Source: Clostridia bacterium
GTDB lineage: Bacteria > Bacillota > Clostridia > Oscillospirales > CAG-272
Assembly (NCBI GenBank): GCA_017461765.1
Contig: JAFTXO010000033.1
Coordinates: 1,700-65,699 of the forward strand
DNA: 64,000 nucleotides
Reading direction: 5' to 3'
In this document: piece by piece, positions 58,168 through 64,000 of the stretch
How the letters are laid out: each line of letters begins with the position of its first letter
Position numbering within the stretch: the first letter of the stretch is position 1
Notes under the pieces: model-generated
What the model was told of the DNA's origin: nothing
The model's database searches: none
What the model saw: only the letters and a program-made list of their open reading frames with translations
Position numbers and translations under genes: made by a program

Positions 58168-59037
58168 TTAAACAGTTTTACATAAAAAAATTTTATCAAA
58201 GTGAGGTTTCATACTCGAAAAAGCCTTTTTCGCTTCGTCTTCCGAATTGAATATACCAAATACCGAAGGACCGCTTCCGCTCATAAGAGCGCCAATAGCC
58301 CCGTTATCTAAAAGCATAGCTTTTATCTTGTGTACCTCGGGATTTGCGACATCTTCAAATTTATTGTATAAAAGAGAAGAAATATCGGAAATGCTATTTT
58401 TGCTTATCGCATCTATCATTTTGTCGTAATCACCGCTTTTTTTGCAATAAATACCGTATTTTTTGTCAAGCTCGGAATAAGCGTGTACTGTGGACAGCTT
58501 AGGCTCATTTCCCATTACGCAAATTAAATTTATATCCTTTAGTGTAGGTAATTTTGTAAGTTTTTCACCAATACCCTGACAAAGATAAGTTCCTCCATGA
58601 ATGCAAAACGGAACATCAGCTCCCAACGACGCACTCAAAGAGATAAGATCATATTCAGATAAAGGATAAGAGAAGGCTTGATTTAAAAGCTTCAAGGTAG
58701 CCGCGGCATCAGCGCTTCCGCCCGCCATCCCGGCGCATATAGGGATGTTTTTCTCAATTTCAAAAAGAAGCTTTTTAAATTTGATATCAGCTTTAGCGAT
58801 AAATCTTATAGCGCTTTTGTATACAAGATTGCTTTCATCCCAAGCTATATCCTCGTTATTTGAAACGATTTTAATTTCATTGCAGGCACTATCGTACTCC
58901 GAAACGGTAAGAGTTATTTTATCGTATATGGATATAGTCTGCATAACGGTTTCGATATTATGATATCCGTCACTGCGTTTATCCAAAACATCTAAGTACA
59001 GATTTATTTTTGCAGGAGATAGAATAGAGAATTTCAT
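58168..59037 (-). CDS. ispE: 4-diphosphocytidyl-2-C-methyl-D-erythritol kinase
   Basis: PAKINLYL, DGYH, KNIP..AGMAGGSADAA, LGADVPF, MSGSGPSVF. Confidence 0.95.
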   Translation of the reverse strand: MKFSILSPAKINLYLDVLDKRSDGYHNIETVMQTISIYDKITLTVSEYDSACNEIKIVSNNEDIAWDESNLVYKSAIRFIAKADIKFKKLLFEIEKNIPICAGMAGGSADAAATLKLLNQAFSYPLSEYDLISLSASLGADVPFCIHGGTYLCQGIGEKLTKLPTLKDINLICVMGNEPKLSTVHAYSELDKKYGIYCKKSGDYDKMIDAISKNSISDISSLLYNKFEDVANPEVHKIKAMLLDNGAIGALMSGSGPSVFGIFNSEDEAKKAFSSMKPHFDKIFLCKTV

Positions 59038-59041
59038 AAGA

Positions 59042-61543
59042 TTATTTAGCGTCAAACCAAGTTTCTCCAAGACCTACATCGGCAGTGAGTGGAACAAGAA
59101 GCTTGACTGCGTTCTCCATTTCTGTTTTAAGGATTTGTTTAGCCTTCTCGGCGCAAGAAACGTGAGATTCAATAATAAGCTCATCGTGTACCTGCAATAT
59201 CAGCTTTGCGTCGATATCAGCTTTTTTAAGAGCGTTATGAACATTTATCATGGCAATCTTTATAATATCTGCCGCCGATCCTTGAATAGGGCTGTTCATA
59301 GCAACTCTTTTTCCGAATGAACGCAGATTATGATTTTCAGCCGCGAGCTCTGGAATATAGCGTATACGTCCAAACATGGTCGTTGCATATCCGTCCTGTG
59401 TGGCTTTTTCGACAAGTGAATTGATATAATTGTGAATATCGGGATAAGACTCAAAATAAGAATTTATATAGCTTCGTGCCTCTTTGGTGGAAACGTGAAT
59501 ATCCTTTCCCAAGGAAAAATCACCTATTCCGTAAACGATGCCGAAGTTTACCGCTTTTGCGTTCTTTCTCATAATAGGGGTAACCGATTCAAGAGGTACA
59601 TTGAACACCTGAGATGCTGTTATAGCATGAATGTCCGCACCGCTGTTGAAGGCATGGATCATATTTGTATCTTTTGAAAGATGAGCCAAAACCTTCAGTT
59701 CAATCTGTGAATAGTCAGCATCAATAAGAACGTAGTTAATACCTTTTGTTATGAAAAATTTACGAAGCTCTCTTCCTAAACTCGTCTTTATTGGAATATT
59801 TTGAAGATTAGGCTCTGTTGAAGAAAGTCTGCCTGTTACAGTTACGGTTTGGTTAAATGTAGAATGAATACGACCGTTTTTATCGGCAACCTTAAGCAGA
59901 CCCTCACAATAAGTGCTATGAAGCTTCGTTATTTGTCTGTAATCCAATATTTCGTTTATAATAGGAGATTCGGAGCGCAAGCTTTCCAAGATTTCAGCAC
60001 TTGTGGAGTAGCCGTGCTTCGTTTTTTTACCGTGAGGAAGCTTCATTTTGCCAAAAAGGACTTCACCAAGCTGTTTTGGAGAATTTATATTGAATTTTTC
60101 ACCTGCAAGAGCATATATCTTTTCTTCGCAATCTTGAGCCAACTCCCCAATTCTTTGAGCATAGAACTTAAGTCCTCGAGTATCTATCCTGAAGCCTTCT
60201 AACTCCATAGAGGCCAATACCTCGGCAAGAGGGATTTCGATATCGGTAAGAATATTCATTGTGCCTGCTTCGCTTAATTTTTCAGATAATATCTTATAAA
60301 TGGCATATATTATCTGCGGAGCATCCTCTTCCTTAAAGTTGGATCTTAAATATTTTGAGGATATAATATCTATATCGTAAGAATCATCAGATGGAGAAGC
60401 CACATATGCAGCGAGCATAGTATCAAAAACACAGTTCAGATCATAATTTTTTGTGAGTGCTTTTAAATCGTGACATATTATTTTGTTCCTTTTAAGAAAA
60501 TCATCCATAGGATTGAAATAATAAGTAAAGCGATATTTATCGGTGCAAGCATATATTATATCGTCACACGGATATATGGCTATCAATTCATCCTTCATTT
60601 TATCAATCATATCCTGAGAAGGAATTTCAGGCATATCCCATGATTTTTGAAATTCTTCTTCATCATTTATATCATCGGCTGAAATACCGAATTTTTTCAA
60701 AAAAGAATTAAATTCATATTTTATAAAAAATTTTCCGAGCTCGGATGAAGATATCTTATGAAGCTTGAAATCAGGGATTGTTTTTTCGATAGGTGCGTCA
60801 CAAACGATCGTAGCTAAAAATTTAGATGTATAAGCCATATCCTTACCGACCTCTATTTTGTGCTTTACAAGATCGGAAATCTCTAAAGAGCTTTCGTAAT
60901 TTTCGTAAACTCCGTCAAGAGAACCAAAGGTTGAAATGAGCTTTTGAGCGCCTTTTTCACCAATACCCATAATTCCGGGAATATTATCAGAGGAATCACC
61001 CATTATGGCTTTCATATCAATGAATTGTAAAGGAGTTACACCATATTCGGAAATAAAAAGCTCGGGGGTATATAAAGTATCCTCCTTGGTCTTTACAAGA
61101 ATAACGGAGCATTGATTGTTTAAAAGCTGCAAAGAGTCCTTATCTCCTGTGAGAATATAAGAATGTATATCGGTATTTTTCATTGCTATTCTTGAAACAG
61201 TGCCAAGAATATCGTCAGCCTCGTAGCCTTCAAGCTCCAAAACATTAAAGCCAAGAAGTTTAGCGCACTCCTTTGCAATCGGAAGCTGCTGAGCAAGGTC
61301 CTCAGGCATTCCTTTTCTTGTAGCCTTATAAAAATCACAAGCCTTATGACGAAATGTTTTTGCTCGAACATCAAAGGCTATAACCGCATATTCGGGTTGT
61401 AAATTATCCAAATGTCTTTTTAATATTGAAATCATGCCAAATATAGCATTGGTAGGAAAGCCTTCTTTTGTTGAAAGAGGACGTATACCGTAATATGCTC
61501 GGTTTAAAATGCTGTTACCGTCGATTATAAGTAGATTTTTCAT
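59042..61543 (-). CDS. polA: DNA polymerase I
   Basis: IDGNS, EADD, GDSSDNIPG, TGRLSS.EPNLQN, DYSQIE, KAVNFGIVYG, LQVHDE. Confidence 0.97.
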   Translation of the reverse strand: MKNLLIIDGNSILNRAYYGIRPLSTKEGFPTNAIFGMISILKRHLDNLQPEYAVIAFDVRAKTFRHKACDFYKATRKGMPEDLAQQLPIAKECAKLLGFNVLELEGYEADDILGTVSRIAMKNTDIHSYILTGDKDSLQLLNNQCSVILVKTKEDTLYTPELFISEYGVTPLQFIDMKAIMGDSSDNIPGIMGIGEKGAQKLISTFGSLDGVYENYESSLEISDLVKHKIEVGKDMAYTSKFLATIVCDAPIEKTIPDFKLHKISSSELGKFFIKYEFNSFLKKFGISADDINDEEEFQKSWDMPEIPSQDMIDKMKDELIAIYPCDDIIYACTDKYRFTYYFNPMDDFLKRNKIICHDLKALTKNYDLNCVFDTMLAAYVASPSDDSYDIDIISSKYLRSNFKEEDAPQIIYAIYKILSEKLSEAGTMNILTDIEIPLAEVLASMELEGFRIDTRGLKFYAQRIGELAQDCEEKIYALAGEKFNINSPKQLGEVLFGKMKLPHGKKTKHGYSTSAEILESLRSESPIINEILDYRQITKLHSTYCEGLLKVADKNGRIHSTFNQTVTVTGRLSSTEPNLQNIPIKTSLGRELRKFFITKGINYVLIDADYSQIELKVLAHLSKDTNMIHAFNSGADIHAITASQVFNVPLESVTPIMRKNAKAVNFGIVYGIGDFSLGKDIHVSTKEARSYINSYFESYPDIHNYINSLVEKATQDGYATTMFGRIRYIPELAAENHNLRSFGKRVAMNSPIQGSAADIIKIAMINVHNALKKADIDAKLILQVHDELIIESHVSCAEKAKQILKTEMENAVKLLVPLTADVGLGETWFDAK

Positions 61544-61803
61544 TCTTGTGTACCTTGTTCATTAAGCGCAAGCTCTATTGCTTTTGTTAACTGATCTGCA
61601 CATGAAGTTGATTTCCAACCGCATGTATTTCCTTTTAAGAGCGAGATAACCTTGTCACACTCCATGCCGTTTACCAGCTTGGAGATGGCTTTAAGATTTC
61701 CGTTACAGCCCCCAACAAATTCGACGTTGTATAATTTGCCATCTGTTATATCAAATTTAATAAGAGATGCGCAAATTCCCTTGGTTTTGAAAGAGTAAGA
61801 CAT
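61540..61803 (-). CDS. TIGR03905 / TSCPD-domain small four-Cys protein
   Basis: KG.C, F.GGCNGNL, L.G..CG.K.TSC.DQL. Confidence 0.88.
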   Translation of the reverse strand: MSYSFKTKGICASLIKFDITDGKLYNVEFVGGCNGNLKAISKLVNGMECDKVISLLKGNTCGWKSTSCADQLTKAIELALNEQGTQE

Positions 61804-61905
61804 AATTTTTCTCCTTTAATAAAAAAAGTGTAGAAATTTTCAAAGAAATGTGATAATATATACTTCGTAATTTATATTTTAACAAAAAACGGAGCAAATA
61901 TCAAT

Positions 61906-62646
61906 ATGAGAATGAAAAAAAAGCGTCACGGAAGCGAAAGATTGGAACTTTTGTCAACTCTTGTTTCTAATGATCCGGTATTTCTTTGCAATAATTTGAA
62001 AGATGTTTACGGAAATTCAAATCCTTTAAGAATAGAGATAGGATGTGGAAAGGGTGATTTTATAAGAGGCAAATCGCAAGCAGAGCCAGACTATAATTAT
62101 CTTGCAATAGAAAAAATCGCCGATGTGTGTACTGTAGCAACAGAAAAATATGCTGTATCGAGAGGTCTTGGAGAGCTTTATTTAAATGGCGGTTGGAAGA
62201 AATATGACGGAACGGTTTACCGTTACGGAGACGGTGCAGTTGAATTTACAGATGAGGAAAAAGGAAATGTAAGATTTGCGATCGGAGATGCGGCAAAGCT
62301 CCTTTGCGAGTTTCCCGAAAGCTCTATCGATGCCATTTATATAAATTTTTGCGATCCTTGGAGCAAAAAAGGATACGCAAAGCGTCGCCTTACTTACATA
62401 ACATTTTTAGAAATGTATTCGAAAATTCTTGTAAACGGCGGAAAAATATTTTTTAAAACCGATAATAAGGATCTTTTTGATTTTTCATTGGAGCAGATAG
62501 AAGTATCGAAATTTGATCTTGAATACAAAACATACGATCTTCACGCTTCCGATATGAACGAAACGAATATAGAAACCGAGTATGAGCGCAATTTTAGTGA
62601 AAAAGGTTTTAAAATAAATATGCTTATTGCGAAAAATGTCAAATAA
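61906..62646 (+). CDS. trmB: tRNA (guanine-N7) methyltransferase
   Basis: EIGCGKG, AIEK, NF.DPW.K, RRLT, KTDN, TEYE. Confidence 0.93.
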   Translation: MRMKKKRHGSERLELLSTLVSNDPVFLCNNLKDVYGNSNPLRIEIGCGKGDFIRGKSQAEPDYNYLAIEKIADVCTVATEKYAVSRGLGELYLNGGWKKYDGTVYRYGDGAVEFTDEEKGNVRFAIGDAAKLLCEFPESSIDAIYINFCDPWSKKGYAKRRLTYITFLEMYSKILVNGGKIFFKTDNKDLFDFSLEQIEVSKFDLEYKTYDLHASDMNETNIETEYERNFSEKGFKINMLIAKNVK

Positions 62647-62702
62647 ATAAAAACATCATATCATGTAAATGAGAAGTAATTCTCTAAATAATAAACGGAG
62701 AT

Positions 62703-63455
62703 ATGAAAATGAAGATCAATATTGTTTCCAATGATAAAAGATACGAGATATTAAACGAGCTTCTTATAGAAAATGGATATGATAGCAGGATTGTATCTTT
62801 CAATGATTGCAACAAGGCAGATGCATTGGTTTTGCCTATAAAAAGTACCATTTCGAATGCGGAATACGAAAAATTGTCCCTGATGACCGATGATGGTACT
62901 TTTATTTTTTCTCCAAAGACAGATATGGTGGAGCAATATTTTAAAGGAAAGATTATAGATTATTCTCAAAATGAAGATTTTCTTATCGAAAATGCTTATA
63001 TAACTTCAGAATGCGCTCTCGGTATTATAATAAGCTCTTTAAACAAGACTGTATCTCAAAGCAAAATACTTGTTTTAGGATATGGAAGAATAGGTAAATA
63101 TCTTGCAGATATGCTCTTTAAGTTGGGAGCGGATGTGTGTATTTACGCACGACGCAATAAGAAAAAATATGAGGCTATAGAAAAAGGCTTATCCATAAAA
63201 GAATTATCTTGCGTTGGAGAAGAGCATTTTGATATAATAGTGAATACAGTTCCGGAAAGGATAATTCCCAAGCAACAAAGTGATAAGATTTCTAAAAAGA
63301 CTGTTGTGATCGATCTTGCTTCGTTACCCGGTGGATTTGAAGATGAAAATGCAGCAAGAAAAGCACTTGCTTTACCGGGAAAAATGAAAAGTGAAAGCGC
63401 AGCAAGAGCAATATATGATCTGATAGACAGATATCTTTCGTCCGAAAGGATATAA
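62703..63455 (+). CDS. dpaA: Dipicolinate synthase subunit A (SpoVFA)
   Basis: NA..T.E.A, VLGYGRIG, NTVP, IDLAS.PGG, ALPGK. Confidence 0.85.
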   Translation: MKMKINIVSNDKRYEILNELLIENGYDSRIVSFNDCNKADALVLPIKSTISNAEYEKLSLMTDDGTFIFSPKTDMVEQYFKGKIIDYSQNEDFLIENAYITSECALGIIISSLNKTVSQSKILVLGYGRIGKYLADMLFKLGADVCIYARRNKKKYEAIEKGLSIKELSCVGEEHFDIIVNTVPERIIPKQQSDKISKKTVVIDLASLPGGFEDENAARKALALPGKMKSESAARAIYDLIDRYLSSERI

Positions 63456-63457
63456 TT

Positions 63458-64000
63458 ATGATAGGATATGCATTTTGCGGCTCTTTTTGTACGCATGAAA
63501 AAAGCCTTAATGAAATGAAATCGCTTATAAAGCAGGGTTATGATATATTACCGATAATGAGCGAAAATGTATATAACACAGATACCTATTTTGGCAAAGC
63601 CGAAAGCTTGATAAGTGAAGTTGAGAAAATAAGCGGAAAAAAGGTTGTTCATACGATTGTTGATGCCGAACCTCTCGGTCCAAAAATATCGCTTGATGCC
63701 TTGGTAATAAGTCCTTGTACGGGCAATACGCTTGCAAAGATTGCTAGAGGGATCACTGATACATCTGTTACAATGGCAGCAAAGGCACATTTAAGAGCAG
63801 ATAGACCGCTTGTTATTGCATTATGTTCTAACGATGCTCTTTCTGCGAATCTTCAAAATATAAGTTTATTGCTTGAACGCAAGTGTGTATATTTTGTTCC
63901 GCTTAAGCAGGACGATCCAAGTAAAAAACCGCATTCATTAGTGTCGGAGTTTTCATTACTGTCAAACACTCTTGAAAATGCGTTACATTCAAAGCAACTA
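63458..64000 (+). CDS. dpaB: Dipicolinate synthase subunit B (SpoVFB), runs off window end
   Basis: MIGYAFCGSFCTH, AEPLGP, PCTGNTLAK, AAKAHLR, QDDP..KP.SL; not in the ORF track. Confidence 0.92.
   Translation, partial: MIGYAFCGSFCTHEKSLNEMKSLIKQGYDILPIMSENVYNTDTYFGKAESLISEVEKISGKKVVHTIVDAEPLGPKISLDALVISPCTGNTLAKIARGITDTSVTMAAKAHLRADRPLVIALCSNDALSANLQNISLLLERKCVYFVPLKQDDPSKKPHSLVSEFSLLSNTLENALHSKQL

Overview
AT-rich chromosomal core region of a spore-forming Clostridia-type Firmicute (sigH, gpr, dacB, ytfJ, dpaAB, large Bacillus-type SRP RNA, T-box; the taxonomy is an inference). Mostly housekeeping genes: dapA-dapB-lysA, thrS, mtaB, birA-bioY, lon-ysxC-S2P-scpAB-ytfIJ-dacB-rluB, rqcH, mecA, rlmB, dnaX-ybaB-recR, eno, guaB, polA-ispE, trmB. 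Best candidates for a second look: (1) a four-gene metal-handling operon (Cys-motif membrane protein, MacB/FtsX-type ABC with His-rich permease, CPFC lipoprotein) behind tandem Fur-like boxes; (2) a THF-riboswitch-controlled FolT-FolC fusion; (3) an ~800 bp inverted-repeat-bounded, transposase-less insert at 48.6-49.4 kb carrying a REP-like hairpin cluster and one small ORF bracketed by related 16-bp palindromic sites; (4) a P-type-ATPase-like membrane protein lacking its catalytic motifs; (5) a degenerate LCP protein; (6) a run of DNA-repair, nucleotide and GNAT accessory genes after rqcH. No CRISPR array, rRNA, tRNA, prophage or intact transposase was seen. All protein calls come from motif recognition, not database searches.
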